Below, piece after piece: positions 26,101 to 42,400 of a stretch of 64,000 bases of DNA. Position 1 is the stretch's first letter; each line of letters opens with the position of its first letter. The stretch covers positions 20,150,001 to 20,214,000 of the forward strand of contig OZ059897.1 of the NCBI GenBank assembly GCA_964057225.1, given 5' to 3'. The translations under genes and the position numbers were made by a program. Source of the stretch: Auanema rhodensis (Eukaryota > Animalia > Nematoda). Under the pieces are notes generated by a model. The model was not told the origin of the DNA. It searched no databases and saw only the letters and a program-made list of their open reading frames with translations.

Positions 26101-28424
26101 ATTCAACGAAAAAATTAATTCTTCAGGGTGAAAATCGAGGATATAAGTGTGAACTTATATCAGTTGATATATCGGTGCATTTTCAAGCTAGCGCAAATCT
26201 GATAACACAGATCGACGCAGCTTAAAAATCCGCATCGAATGCACTATACTACATTAAGAAACGCTTAATACAAAAATTAGTTATGATCGTTTGAAAAATG
26301 ATGCATTAGTGTATGTTGAGTTTCCATGTACACTCAACATTGCTTCCAAAAACATTTTGACAAAAATTTTTTCGAAAAATTTCAAGATAATTTAGCAAAA
26401 AGTAGATGTTTTTAGATTCCTTTTTTCAAGGCAAAGACGATGGACAATGTTATTCAACGAAAAAATTATTTCTTCAGGGTGAAAATCGAGGATATAAGTG
26501 TGAACTTATATCAGTTGATATCTCGGTACATTTTTAAGCTAGCGCAAATCTGATAACACAGATCGACGCAGCTTAAAAATCCGCATCGAATGCACTATAC
26601 TACATGGAAGAACGCTTAATACAAAAATTAGTTATGATCGTTTGAAAAATGATGCATTAGTGTATGTTGAGTTTCCATGTACACTCAACATTGCTTCCAA
26701 AAACATTTTGACAAAAATTTTTTCGAAAAATTTCAAAATAATTTAGCAAAAAGTAGATGTTTTTAGATTCCTTTTTTCAAGGCGAAGACGATGGACAATG
26801 TTATTCAACGAAAAAATTAATTCTTCAGGGTGAAAATCGAGGATATAAGTGTGAACTTATATCAGTTGATATCTCGGTACATTTTTAAGCTAGCGCAAAT
26901 CTGATAACACAGATCGACGCAGCTTAAAAATCCGCATCGAATGCACTATACTACATTAAGAAACGCTTAATACAAAAATTAGTTATGATCGTTTGAAAAA
27001 TGATGCATTAGTGTATGTTGAGTTTCCATGTACACTCAACATTGCTTCCAAAAACATTTTGACAAAAATTTTTTCGAAAAATTTCAAAATAATTTAGCAA
27101 AAAGTAGATGTTTTTAGATTCCTTTTTTCAAGGCGAAGACGATGGACAATGTTATTCAACGAAAAAATTAATTCTTCAGGGTGAAAATCGAGGATATAAG
27201 TGTGAACTTATATCAGTTGATATCTCGGTACATTTTTAAGCTAGCGCAAATCTGATAACACAGATCGACGCAGCTTAAAAATCCGCATCGAATGCACTAT
27301 ACTACATGGAAGAACGCTTAATACAAAAATTAGTTATGATCGTTTGAAAAATGATGCATTAGTGTATGTTGAGTTTCCATGTACACTCAACATTGCTTCC
27401 AAAAACATTTTGACAAAAATTTTTTCGAAAAATTTCAAAATAATTTAGCAAAAAGTAGATGTTTTTAGATTCCTTTTTTCAAGGCAAAGACGATGGACAA
27501 TGTTATTCAACGAAAAAATTATTTCTTCAGGGTGAAAATCGAGGATATAAGTGTGAACTTATATCAGTTGATATATCGGTGCATTTTTAAGCTAGCGCAA
27601 ATCTGATAACACAGATCGACGCAGCTTAAAAATCCGCATCGAATGCACTATACTACATTAAGAAACGCTTAATACAAAAATTAGTTATGATCGTTTGAAA
27701 AATGATGCATTAGTGTATGTTGAGTTTCCATGTACACTCAACATTGCTTCCAAAAACATTTTGACAAAAATTTTTTCGAAAAATTTCAAAATAATTTAGC
27801 AAAAAGTAGATGTTTTTAGATTCCTTTTTTCAAGGCGAAGACGATGGACAATGTTATTCAACGAAAAAATTAATTCTTCAGGGTGAAAATCGAGGATATA
27901 AGTGTGAACTTATATCAGTTGATATCTCGGTACATTTTTAAGCTAGCGCAAATCTGATAACACAGATCGACGCAGCTTAAAAATCCGCATCGAATGCACT
28001 ATACTACATGGAAGAACGCTTAATACAAAAATTAGTTATGATCGTTTGAAAAATGATGCATTAGTGTATGTTGAGTTTCCATGTACACTCAACATTGCTT
28101 CCAAAAACATTTTGACAAAAATTTTTTCGAAAAATTTCAAAATAATTTAGCAAAAAGTAGATGTTTTTAGATTCCTTTTTTCAAGGCAAAGACGATGGAC
28201 AATGTTATTCAACGAAAAAATTAATTCTTCAGGGTGAAAATCGAGGATATAAGTGTGAACTTATATCAGTTGATATATCGGTGCATTTTTAAGCTAGCGC
28301 AAATCTGATAACACAGATCGACGCAGCTTAAAAATCCGCATCGAATGCACTATACTACATTAAGAAACGCTTAATACAAAAATTAGTTATGATCGTTTGA
28401 AAAATGATGCATTAGTGTATGTTG

Positions 28425-31400
28425 AGTTTCCATGTACACTCAACATTGCTTCCAAAAACATTTTGACAAAAATTTTTTCGAAAAATTTCAAGATAATTTA
28501 GCAAAAAGTAGATGTTTTTAGATTCCTTTTTTCAAGGCAAAGACGATGGACAATGTTATTCAACGAAAAAATTATTTCTTCAGGGTGAAAATCGAGGATA
28601 TAAGTGTGAACTTATATCAGTTGATATCTCGGTACATTTTTAAGCTAGCGCAAATCTGATAACACAGATCGACGCAGCTTAAAAATCCGCATCGATTGCA
28701 CTATACTACATGGAAGAACGCTTAATACAAAAATTAGTTATGATCGTTTGAAAAATGATGCATTAGTGTATGTTGAGTTTCCATGTACACTCAACATTGC
28801 TTCCAAAAACATTTTGACAAAAATTTTTTCGAAAAATTTCAAAATAATTTAGCAAAAAGTAGATGTTTTTAGATTCCTTTTTTCAAGGCGAAGACGATGG
28901 ACAATGTTATTCAACGAAAAAATTAATTCTTCAGGGTGAAAATCGAGGATATAAGTGTGAACTTATATCAGTTGATATCTCGGTACATTTTTAAGCTAGC
29001 GCAAATCTGATAACACAGATCGACGCAGCTTAAAAATCCGCATCGAATGCACTATACTACATGGAAGAACGCTTAATACAAAAATTAGTTATGATCGTTT
29101 GAAAAATGATGCATTAGTGTATGTTGAGTTTCCATGTACACTCAACATTGCTTCCAAAAACATTTTGACAAAAATTTTTTCGAAAAATTTCAAAATAATT
29201 TAGCAAAAAGTAGATGTTTTTAGATTCCTTTTTTCAAGACAAAGACGATGGACAATGTTATTCAACGAAAAAATTATTTCTTCAGGGTGAAAATCGAGGA
29301 TATAAGTGTGAACTTATATCAGTTGATATATCGGTGCATTTTTAAGCTAGCGCAAATCTGATAACACAGATCGACGCAGCTTAAAAATCCGCATCGAATG
29401 CACTATACTACATTAAGAAACGCTTAATACAAAAATTAGTTATGATCGTTTGAAAATGATGCATTAGTGTATGTTGAGTTTCCATGTACACTCAACATTG
29501 CTTCCAAAAACATTTTGACAAAAATTTTTTCGAAAAATTTCAAAATAATTTAGCAAAAAGTAGATGTTTTTAGATTCCTTTTTTCAAGGCGAAGACGATG
29601 GACAATGTTATTCAACGAAAAAATTAATTCTTCAGGGTGAAAATCGAGGATATAAGTGTGAACTTATATCAGTTGATATCTCGGTACATTTTTAAGCTAG
29701 CGCAAATCTGATAACACAGATCGACGCAGCTTAAAAATCCGCATCGAATGCACTATACTACATGGAAGAACGCTTAATACAAAAATTAGTTATGATCGTT
29801 TGAAAAATGATGCATTAGTGTATGTTGAGTTTCCATGTACACTCAACATTGCTTCCAAAAACATTTTGACAAAAATTTTTTCGAAAAATTTCAAAATAAT
29901 TTAGCAAAAAGTAGATGTTTTTAGATTCCTTTTTTCAAGGCAAAGACGATGGACAATGTTATTCAACGAAAAAATTAATTCTTCAGGGTGAAAATCGAGG
30001 ATATAAGTGTGAACTTATATCAGTTGATATATCGGTGCATTTTTAAGCTAGCGCAAATCTGATAACACAGATCGACGCAGCTTAAAAATCCGCATCGAAT
30101 GCACTATACTACATTAAGAAACGCTTAATACAAAAATTAGTTATGATCGTTTGAAAAATGATGCATTAGTGTATGTTGAGTTTCCATGTACACTCAACAT
30201 TGCTTCCAAAAACATTTTGACAAAAATTTTTTCGAAAAATTTCAAGATAATTTAGCAAAAAGTAGATGTTTTTAGATTCCTTTTTTCAAGGCAAAGACGA
30301 TGGACAATGTTATTCAACGAAAAAATTATTTCTTCAGGGTGAAAATCGAGGATATAAGTGTGAACTTATATCAGTTGATATCTCGGTACATTTTTAAGCT
30401 AGCGCAAATCTGATAACACAGATCGACGCAGCTTAAAAATCCGCATCGAATGCACTATACTACATGGAAGAACGCTTAATACAAAAATTAGTTATGATCG
30501 TTTGAAAAATGATGCATTAGTGTATGTTGAGTTTCCATGTACACTCAACATTGCTTCCAAAAACATTTTGACAAAAATTTTTTCGAAAAATTTCAAAATA
30601 ATTTAGCAAAAAGTAGATGTTTTTAGATTCCTTTTTTCAAGGCGAAGACGATGGACAATGTTATTCAACGAAAAAATTAATTCTTCAGGGTGAAAATCGA
30701 GGATATAAGTGTGAACTTATATCAGTTGATATCTCGGTACATTTTTAAGCTAGCGCAAATCTGATAACACAGATCGACGCAGCTTAAAAATCCGCATCGA
30801 ATGCACTATACTACATGGAAGAACGCTTAATACAAAAATTAGTTATGATCGTTTGAAAAATGATGCATTAGTGTATGTTGAGTTTCCATGTACACTCAAC
30901 ATTGCTTCCAAAAACATTTTGACAAAAATTTTTTCGAAAAATTTCAAAATAATTTAGCAAAAAGTAGATGTTTTTAGATTCCTTTTTTCAAGGCGAAGAC
31001 GATGGACAATGTTATTCAACGAAAAAATTAATTCTTCAGGGTGAAAATCGAGGATATAAGTGTGAACTTATATCAGTTGATATCTCGGTACATTTTTAAG
31101 CTAGCGCAAATCTGATAACACAGATCGACGCAGCTTAAAAATCCGCATCGAATGCACTATACTACATGGAAGAACGCTTAATACAAAAATTAGTTATGAT
31201 CGTTTGAAAAATGATGCATTAGTGTATGTTGAGTTTCCATGTACACTCAACATTGCTTCCAAAAACATTTTGACAAAAATTTTTTCGAAAAATTTCAAAA
31301 TAATTTAGCAAAAAGTAGATGTTTTTAGATTCCTTTTTTCAAGGCAAAGACGATGGACAATGTTATTCAACGAAAAAATTATTTCTTCAGGGTGAAAATC

Positions 31401-34400
31401 GAGGATATAAGTGTGAACTTATATCAGTTGATATATCGGTGCATTTTTAAGCTAGCGCAAATCTGATAACACAGATCGACGCAGCTTAAAAATCCGCATC
31501 GAATGCACTATACTACATTAAGAAACGCTTAATACAAAAATTAGTTATGATCGTTTGAAAAATGATGCATTAGTGTATGTTGAGTTTCCATGTACACTCA
31601 ACATTGCTTCCAAAAACATTTTGACAAAAATTTTTTCGAAAAATTTCAAAATAATTTAGCAAAAAGTAGATGTTTTTAGATTCCTTTTTTCAAGGCAAAG
31701 ACGATGGACAATGTTATTCAACGAAAAAATTATTTCTTCAGGGTGAAAATCGAGGATATAAGTGTGAACTTATATCAGTTGATATATCGGTGCATTTTTA
31801 AGCTAGCGCAAATCTGATAACACAGATCGACGCAGCTTAAAAATCCGCATCGAATGCACTATACTACATTAAGAAACGCTTAATACAAAAATTAGTTATG
31901 ATCGTTTGAAAAATGATGCATTAGTGTATGTTGAGTTTCCATGTACACTCAACATTGCTTCCAAAAACATTTTGACAAAAATTTTTTCGAAAAATTTCAA
32001 GATAATTTAGCAAAAAGTAGATGTTTTTAGATTCCTTTTTTCAAGGCAAAGACGATGGACAATGTTATTCAACGAAAAAATTATTTCTTCAGGGTGAAAA
32101 TCGAGGATATAAGTGTGAACTTATATCAGTTGATATCTCGGTACATTTTTAAGCTAGCGCAAATCTGATAACACAGATCGACGCAGCTTAAAAATCCGCA
32201 TCGATTGCACTATACTACATGGAAGAACGCTTAATACAAAAATTAGTTATGATCGTTTGAAAAATGATGCATTAGTGTATGTTGAGTTTCCATGTACACT
32301 CAACATTGCTTCCAAAAACATTTTGACAAAAATTTTTTCGAAAAATTTCAAAATAATTTAGCAAAAAGTAGATGTTTTTAGATTCCTTTTTTCAAGGCGA
32401 AGACGATGGACAATGTTATTCAACGAAAAAATTAATTCTTCAGGGTGAAAATCGAGGATATAAGTGTGAACTTATATCAGTTGATATCTCGGTACATTTT
32501 TAAGCTAGCGCAAATCTGATAACACAGATCGACGCAGCTTAAAAATCCGCATCGAATGCACTATACTACATGGAAGAACGCTTAATACAAAAATTAGTTA
32601 TGATCGTTTGAAAAATGATGCATTAGTGTATGTTGAGTTTCCATGTACACTCAACATTGCTTCCAAAAACATTTTGACAAAAATTTTTTCGAAAAATTTC
32701 AAAATAATTTAGCAAAAAGTAGATGTTTTTAGATTCCTTTTTTCAAGACAAAGACGATGGACAATGTTATTCAACGAAAAAATTATTTCTTCAGGGTGAA
32801 AATCGAGGATATAAGTGTGAACTTATATCAGTTGATATATCGGTGCATTTTTAAGCTAGCGCAAATCTGATAACACAGATCGACGCAGCTTAAAAATCCG
32901 CATCGAATGCACTATACTACATTAAGAAACGCTTAATACAAAAATTAGTTATGATCGTTTGAAAATGATGCATTAGTGTATGTTGAGTTTCCATGTACAC
33001 TCAACATTGCTTCCAAAAACATTTTGACAAAAATTTTTTCGAAAAATTTCAAAATAATTTAGCAAAAAGTAGATGTTTTTAGATTCCTTTTTTCAAGGCG
33101 AAGACGATGGACAATGTTATTCAACGAAAAAATTAATTCTTCAGGGTGAAAATCGAGGATATAAGTGTGAACTTATATCAGTTGATATCTCGGTACATTT
33201 TTAAGCTAGCGCAAATCTGATAACACAGATCGACGCAGCTTAAAAATCCGCATCGAATGCACTATACTACATGGAAGAACGCTTAATACAAAAATTAGTT
33301 ATGATCGTTTGAAAAATGATGCATTAGTGTATGTTGAGTTTCCATGTACACTCAACATTGCTTCCAAAAACATTTTGACAAAAATTTTTTCGAAAAATTT
33401 CAAAATAATTTAGCAAAAAGTAGATGTTTTTAGATTCCTTTTTTCAAGGCAAAGACGATGGACAATGTTATTCAACGAAAAAATTAATTCTTCAGGGTGA
33501 AAATCGAGGATATAAGTGTGAACTTATATCAGTTGATATATCGGTGCATTTTTAAGCTAGCGCAAATCTGATAACACAGATCGACGCAGCTTAAAAATCC
33601 GCATCGAATGCACTATACTACATTAAGAAACGCTTAATACAAAAATTAGTTATGATCGTTTGAAAAATGATGCATTAGTGTATGTTGAGTTTCCATGTAC
33701 ACTCAACATTGCTTCCAAAAACATTTTGACAAAAATTTTTTCGAAAAATTTCAAGATAATTTAGCAAAAAGTAGATGTTTTTAGATTCCTTTTTTCAAGG
33801 CAAAGACGATGGACAATGTTATTCAACGAAAAAATTATTTCTTCAGGGTGAAAATCGAGGATATAAGTGTGAACTTATATCAGTTGATATCTCGGTACAT
33901 TTTTAAGCTAGCGCAAATCTGATAACACAGATCGACGCAGCTTAAAAATCCGCATCGAATGCACTATACTACATGGAAGAACGCTTAATACAAAAATTAG
34001 TTATGATCGTTTGAAAAATGATGCATTAGTGTATGTTGAGTTTCCATGTACACTCAACATTGCTTCCAAAAACATTTTGACAAAAATTTTTTCGAAAAAT
34101 TTCAAAATAATTTAGCAAAAAGTAGATGTTTTTAGATTCCTTTTTTCAAGGCGAAGACGATGGACAATGTTATTCAACGAAAAAATTAATTCTTCAGGGT
34201 GAAAATCGAGGATATAAGTGTGAACTTATATCAGTTGATATCTCGGTACATTTTTAAGCTAGCGCAAATCTGATAACACAGATCGACGCAGCTTAAAAAT
34301 CCGCATCGAATGCACTATACTACATGGAAGAACGCTTAATACAAAAATTAGTTATGATCGTTTGAAAAATGATGCATTAGTGTATGTTGAGTTTCCATGT

Positions 34401-36494
34401 ACACTCAACATTGCTTCCAAAAACATTTTGACAAAAATTTTTTCGAAAAATTTCAAAATAATTTAGCAAAAAGTAGATGTTTTTAGATTCCTTTTTTCAA
34501 GGCGAAGACGATGGACAATGTTATTCAACGAAAAAATTAATTCTTCAGGGTGAAAATCGAGGATATAAGTGTGAACTTATATCAGTTGATATCTCGGTAC
34601 ATTTTTAAGCTAGCGCAAATCTGATAACACAGATCGACGCAGCTTAAAAATCCGCATCGAATGCACTATACTACATGGAAGAACGCTTAATACAAAAATT
34701 AGTTATGATCGTTTGAAAAATGATGCATTAGTGTATGTTGAGTTTCCATGTACACTCAACATTGCTTCCAAAAACATTTTGACAAAAATTTTTTCGAAAA
34801 ATTTCAAAATAATTTAGCAAAAAGTAGATGTTTTTAGATTCCTTTTTTCAAGGCAAAGACGATGGACAATGTTATTCAACGAAAAAATTATTTCTTCAGG
34901 GTGAAAATCGAGGATATAAGTGTGAACTTATATCAGTTGATATATCGGTGCATTTTTAAGCTAGCGCAAATCTGATAACACAGATCGACGCAGCTTAAAA
35001 ATCCGCATCGAATGCACTATACTACATTAAGAAACGCTTAATACAAAAATTAGTTATGATCGTTTGAAAAATGATGCATTAGTGTATGTTGAGTTTCCAT
35101 GTACACTCAACATTGCTTCCAAAAACATTTTGACAAAAATTTTTTCGAAAAATTTCAAAATAATTTAGCAAAAAGTAGATGTTTTTAGATTCCTTTTTTC
35201 AAGGCGAAGACGATGGACAATGTTATTCAACGAAAAAATTAATTCTTCAGGGTGAAAATCGAGGATATAAGTGTGAACTTATATCAGTTGATATCTCGGT
35301 ACATTTTTAAGCTAGCGCAAATCTGATAACACAGATCGACGCAGCTTAAAAATCCGCATCGAATGCACTATACTACATGGAAGAACGCTTAATACAAAAA
35401 TTAGTTATGATCGTTTGAAAAATGATGCATTAGTGTATGTTGAGTTTCCATGTACACTCAACATTGCTTCCAAAAACATTTTGACAAAAATTTTTTCGAA
35501 AAATTTCAAGATAATTTAGCAAAAAGTAGATGTTTTTAGATTCCTTTTTTCAAGGCAAAGACGATGGACAATGTTATTCAACGAAAAAATTATTTCTTCA
35601 GGGTGAAAATCGAGGATATAAGTGTGAACTTATATCAGTTGATATCTCGGTACATTTTTAAGCTAGCGCAAATCTGATAACACAGATCGACGCAGCTTAA
35701 AAATCCGCATCGATTGCACTATACTACATGGAAGAACGCTTAATACAAAAATTAGTTATGATCGTTTGAAAAATGATGCATTAGTGTATGTTGAGTTTCC
35801 ATGTACACTCAACATTGCTTCCAAAAACATTTTGACAAAAATTTTTTCGAAAAATTTCAAAATAATTTAGCAAAAAGTAGATGTTTTTAGATTCCTTTTT
35901 TCAAGGCGAAGACGATGGACAATGTTATTCAACGAAAAAATTAATTCTTCAGGGTGAAAATCGAGGATATAAGTGTGAACTTATATCAGTTGATATCTCG
36001 GTACATTTTTAAGCTAGCGCAAATCTGATAACACAGATCGACGCAGCTTAAAAATCCGCATCGAATGCACTATACTACATGGAAGAACGCTTAATACAAA
36101 AATTAGTTATGATCGTTTGAAAAATGATGCATTAGTGTATGTTGAGTTTCCATGTACACTCAACATTGCTTCCAAAAACATTTTGACAAAAATTTTTTCG
36201 AAAAATTTCAAAATAATTTAGCAAAAAGTAGATGTTTTTAGATTCCTTTTTTCAAGACAAAGACGATGGACAATGTTATTCAACGAAAAAATTATTTCTT
36301 CAGGGTGAAAATCGAGGATATAAGTGTGAACTTATATCAGTTGATATATCGGTGCATTTTTAAGCTAGCGCAAATCTGATAACACAGATCGACGCAGCTT
36401 AAAAATCCGCATCGAATGCACTATACTACATTAAGAAACGCTTAATACAAAAATTAGTTATGATCGTTTGAAAATGATGCATTAGTGTATGTTG
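28425..36494. repeat. 10-monomer higher-order repeat (3509 bp), ~2.3 copies
   Basis: Private marker cgattgc at 28696, 32205, 35714 (spacing 3509). The caagac marker and a one-A deletion (tgaaaatgat) recur in monomers 29127, 32636 and 36145. Confidence 0.92.
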
Positions 36495-39400
36495 AGTTTC
36501 CATGTACACTCAACATTGCTTCCAAAAACATTTTGACAAAAATTTTTTCGAAAAATTTCAAAATAATTTAGCAAAAAGTAGATGTTTTTAGATTCCTTTT
36601 TTCAAGGCAAAGACGATGGACAATGTTATTCAACGAAAAAATTAATTCTTCAGGGTGAAAATCGAGGATATAAGTGTGAACTTATATCAGTTGATATATC
36701 GGTGCATTTTTAAGCTAGCGCAAATCTGATAACACAGATCGACGCAGCTTAAAAATCCGCATCGAATGCACTATACTACATTAAGAAACGCTTAATACAA
36801 AAATTAGTTATGATCGTTTGAAAAATGATGCATTAGTGTATGTTGAGTTTCCATGTACACTCAACATTGCTTCCAAAAACATTTTGACAAAAATTTTTTC
36901 GAAAAATTTCAAAATAATTTAGCAAAAAGTAGATGTTTTTAGATTCCTTTTTTCAAGGCGAAGACGATGGACAATGTTATTCAACGAAAAAATTAATTCT
37001 TCAGGGTGAAAATCGAGGATATAAGTGTGAACTTATATCAGTTGATATCTCGGTACATTTTTAAGCTAGCGCAAATCTGATAACACAGATCGACGCAGCT
37101 TAAAAATCCGCATCGAATGCACTATACTACATGGAAGAACGCTTAATACAAAAATTAGTTATGATCGTTTGAAAAATGATGCATTAGTGTATGTTGAGTT
37201 TCCATGTACACTCAACATTGCTTCCAAAAACATTTTGACAAAAATTTTTTCGAAAAATTTCAAAATAATTTAGCAAAAAGTAGATGTTTTTAGATTCCTT
37301 TTTTCAAGGCAAAGACGATGGACAATGTTATTCAACGAAAAAATTAATTCTTCAGGGTGAAAATCGAGGATATAAGTGTGAACTTATATCAGTTGATATA
37401 TCGGTGCATTTTTAAGCTAGCGCAAATCTGATAACACAGATCGACGCAGCTTAAAAATCCGCATCGAATGCACTATACTACATTAAGAAACGCTTAATAC
37501 AAAAATTAGTTATGATCGTTTGAAAAATGATGCATTAGTGTATGTTGAGTTTCCATGTACACTCAACATTGCTTCCAAAAACATTTTGACAAAAATTTTT
37601 TCGAAAAATTTCAAAATAATTTAGCAAAAAGTAGATGTTTTTAGATTCCTTTTTTCAAGGCGAAGACGATGGACAATGTTATTCAACGAAAAAATTAATT
37701 CTTCAGGGTGAAAATCGAGGATATAAGTGTGAACTTATATCAGTTGATATCTCGGTACATTTTTAAGCTAGCGCAAATCTGATAACACAGATCGACGCAG
37801 CTTAAAAATCCGCATCGAATGCACTATACTACATGGAAGAACGCTTAATACAAAAATTAGTTATGATCGTTTGAAAAATGATGCATTAGTGTATGTTGAG
37901 TTTCCATGTACACTCAACATTGCTTCCAAAAACATTTTGACAAAAATTTTTTCGAAAAATTTCAAAATAATTTAGCAAAAAGTAGATGTTTTTAGATTCC
38001 TTTTTTCAAGGCAAAGACGATGGACAATGTTATTCAACGAAAAAATTAATTCTTCAGGGTGAAAATCGAGGATATAAGTGTGAACTTATATCAGTTGATA
38101 TATCGGTGCATTTTTAAGCTAGCGCAAATCTGATAACACAGATCGACGCAGCTTAAAAATCCGCATCGAATGCACTATACTACATTAAGAAACGCTTAAT
38201 ACAAAAATTAGTTATGATCGTTTGAAAAATGATGCATTAGTGTATGTTGAGTTTCCATGTACACTCAACATTGCTTCCAAAAACATTTTGACAAAAATTT
38301 TTTCGAAAAATTTCAAGATAATTTAGCAAAAAGTAGATGTTTTTAGATTCCTTTTTTCAAGGCAAAGACGATGGACAATGTTATTCAACGAAAAAATTAT
38401 TTCTTCAGGGTGAAAATCGAGGATATAAGTGTGAACTTATATCAGTTGATATCTCGGTACATTTTTAAGCTAGCGCAAATCTGATAACACAGATCGACGC
38501 AGCTTAAAAATCCGCATCGAATGCACTATACTACATGGAAGAACGCTTAATACAAAAATTAGTTATGATCGTTTGAAAAATGATGCATTAGTGTATGTTG
38601 AGTTTCCATGTACACTCAACATTGCTTCCAAAAACATTTTGACAAAAATTTTTTCGAAAAATTTCAAAATAATTTAGCAAAAAGTAGATGTTTTTAGATT
38701 CCTTTTTTCAAGGCAAAGACGATGGACAATGTTATTCAACGAAAAAATTAATTCTTCAGGGTGAAAATCGAGGATATAAGTGTGAACTTATATCAGTTGA
38801 TATATCGGTGCATTTTTAAGCTAGCGCAAATCTGATAACACAGATCGACGCAGCTTAAAAATCCGCATCGAATGCACTATACTACATTAAGAAACGCTTA
38901 ATACAAAAATTAGTTATGATCGTTTGAAAAATGATGCATTAGTGTATGTTGAGTTTCCATGTACACTCAACATTGCTTCCAAAAACATTTTGACAAAAAT
39001 TTTTTCGAAAAATTTCAAGATAATTTAGCAAAAAGTAGATGTTTTTAGATTCCTTTTTTCAAGGCAAAGACGATGGACAATGTTATTCAACGAAAAAATT
39101 ATTTCTTCAGGGTGAAAATCGAGGATATAAGTGTGAACTTATATCAGTTGATATCTCGGTACATTTTTAAGCTAGCGCAAATCTGATAACACAGATCGAC
39201 GCAGCTTAAAAATCCGCATCGAATGCACTATACTACATGGAAGAACGCTTAATACAAAAATTAGTTATGATCGTTTGAAAAATGATGCATTAGTGTATGT
39301 TGAGTTTCCATGTACACTCAACATTGCTTCCAAAAACATTTTGACAAAAATTTTTTCGAAAAATTTCAAAATAATTTAGCAAAAAGTAGATGTTTTTAGA

Positions 39401-42400
39401 TTCCTTTTTTCAAGGCGAAGACGATGGACAATGTTATTCAACGAAAAAATTAATTCTTCAGGGTGAAAATCGAGGATATAAGTGTGAACTTATATCAGTT
39501 GATATCTCGGTACATTTTTAAGCTAGCGCAAATCTGATAACACAGATCGACGCAGCTTAAAAATCCGCATCGAATGCACTATACTACATGGAAGAACGCT
39601 TAATACAAAAATTAGTTATGATCGTTTGAAAAATGATGCATTAGTGTATGTTGAGTTTCCATGTACACTCAACATTGCTTCCAAAAACATTTTGACAAAA
39701 ATTTTTTCGAAAAATTTCAAAATAATTTAGCAAAAAGTAGATGTTTTTAGATTCCTTTTTTCAAGGCGAAGACGATGGACAATGTTATTCAACGAAAAAA
39801 TTAATTCTTCAGGGTGAAAATCGAGGATATAAGTGTGAACTTATATCAGTTGATATCTCGGTACATTTTTAAGCTAGCGCAAATCTGATAACACAGATCG
39901 ACGCAGCTTAAAAATCCGCATCGAATGCACTATACTACATGGAAGAACGCTTAATACAAAAATTAGTTATGATCGTTTGAAAAATGATGCATTAGTGTAT
40001 GTTGAGTTTCCATGTACACTCAACATTGCTTCCAAAAACATTTTGACAAAAATTTTTTCGAAAAATTTCAAAATAATTTAGCAAAAAGTAGATGTTTTTA
40101 GATTCCTTTTTTCAAGGCAAAGACGATGGACATTGTTATTCAACGAAAAAATTAATTCTTCAGGGTGAAAATCGAGGATATAAGTGTGAACTTATATCAG
40201 TTGATATATCGGTGCATTTTTAAGCTAGCGCAAATCTGATAACACAGATCGACGCAGCTTAAAAATCCGCATCGAATGCACTATACTACATTAAGAAACG
40301 CTTAATACAAAAATTAGTTATGATCGTTTGAAAAATGATGCATTAGTGTATGTTGAGTTTCCATGTACACTCAACATTGCTTCCAAAAACATTTTGACAA
40401 AAATTTTTTCGAAAAATTTCAAGATAATTTAGCAAAAAGTAGATGTTTTTAGATTCCTTTTTTCAAGGCAAAGACGATGGACAATGTTATTCAACGAAAA
40501 AATTATTTCTTCAGGGTGAAAATCGAGGATATAAGTGTGAACTTATATCAGTTGATATCTCGGTACATTTTTAAGCTAGCGCAAATCTGATAACACAGAT
40601 CGACGCAGCTTAAAAATCCGCATCGAATGCACTATACTACATGGAAGAACGCTTAATACAAAAATTAGTTATGATCGTTTGAAAAATGATGCATTAGTGT
40701 ATGTTGAGTTTCCATGTACACTCAACATTGCTTCCAAAAACATTTTGACAAAAATTTTTTCGAAAAATTTCAAAATAATTTAGCAAAAAGTAGATGTTTT
40801 TAGATTCCTTTTTTCAAGGCGAAGACGATGGACAATGTTATTCAACGAAAAAATTAATTCTTCAGGGTGAAAATCGAGGATATAAGTGTGAACTTATATC
40901 AGTTGATATCTCGGTACATTTTTAAGCTAGCGCAAATCTGATAACACAGATCGACGCAGCTTAAAAATCCGCATCGAATGCACTATACTACATGGAAGAA
41001 CGCTTAATACAAAAATTAGTTATGATCGTTTGAAAAATGATGCATTAGTGTATGTTGAGTTTCCATGTACACTCAACATTGCTTCCAAAAACATTTTGAC
41101 AAAAATTTTTTCGAAAAATTTCAAAATAATTTAGCAAAAAGTAGATGTTTTTAGATTCCTTTTTTCAAGGCAAAGACGATGGACAATGTTATTCAACGAA
41201 AAAATTATTTCTTCAGGGTGAAAATCGAGGATATAAGTGTGAACTTATATCAGTTGATATATCGGTGCATTTTTAAGCTAGCGCAAATCTGATAACACAG
41301 ATCGACGCAGCTTAAAAATCCGCATCGAATGCACTATACTACATTAAGAAACGCTTAATACAAAAATTAGTTATGATCGTTTGAAAAATGATGCATTAGT
41401 GTATGTTGAGTTTCCATGTACACTCAACATTGCTTCCAAAAACATTTTGACAAAAATTTTTTCGAAAAATTTCAAAATAATTTAGCAAAAAGTAGATGTT
41501 TTTAGATTCCTTTTTTCAAGGCGAAGACGATGGACAATGTTATTCAACGAAAAAATTAATTCTTCAGGGTGAAAATCGAGGATATAAGTGTGAACTTATA
41601 TCAGTTGATATCTCGGTACATTTTTAAGCTAGCGCAAATCTGATAACACAGATCGACGCAGCTTAAAAATCGCATCGAATGCACTATACTACATGGAAGA
41701 ACGCTTAATACAAAAATTAGTTATGATCGTTTGAAAAATGATGCATTAGTGTATGTTGAGTTTCCATGTACACTCAACATTGCTTCCAAAAACATTTTGA
41801 CAAAAATTTTTTCGAAAAATTTCAAAATAATTTAGCAAAAAGTAGATGTTTTTAGATTCCTTTTTTCAAGGCAAAGACGATGGACAATGTTATTCAACGA
41901 AAAAATTAATTCTTCAGGGTGAAAATCGAGGATATAAGTGTGAACTTATATCAGTTGATATATCGGTGCATTTTTAAGCTAGCGCAAATCTGATAACACA
42001 GATCGACGCAGCTTAAAAATCCGCATCGAATGCACTATACTACATTAAGAAACGCTTAATACAAAAATTAGTTATGATCGTTTGAAAAATGATGCATTAG
42101 TGTATGTTGAGTTTCCATGTACACTCAACATTGCTTCCAAAAACATTTTGACAAAAATTTTTTCGAAAAATTTCAAGATAATTTAGCAAAAAGTAGATGT
42201 TTTTAGATTCCTTTTTTCAAGGCAAAGACGATGGACAATGTTATTCAACGAAAAAATTATTTCTTCAGGGTGAAAATCGAGGATTTAAGTGTGAACTTAT
42301 ATCAGTTGATATCTCGGTACATTTTTAAGCTAGCGCAAATCTGATAACACAGATCGACGCAGCTTAAAAATCCGCATCGAATGCACTATACTACATGGAA

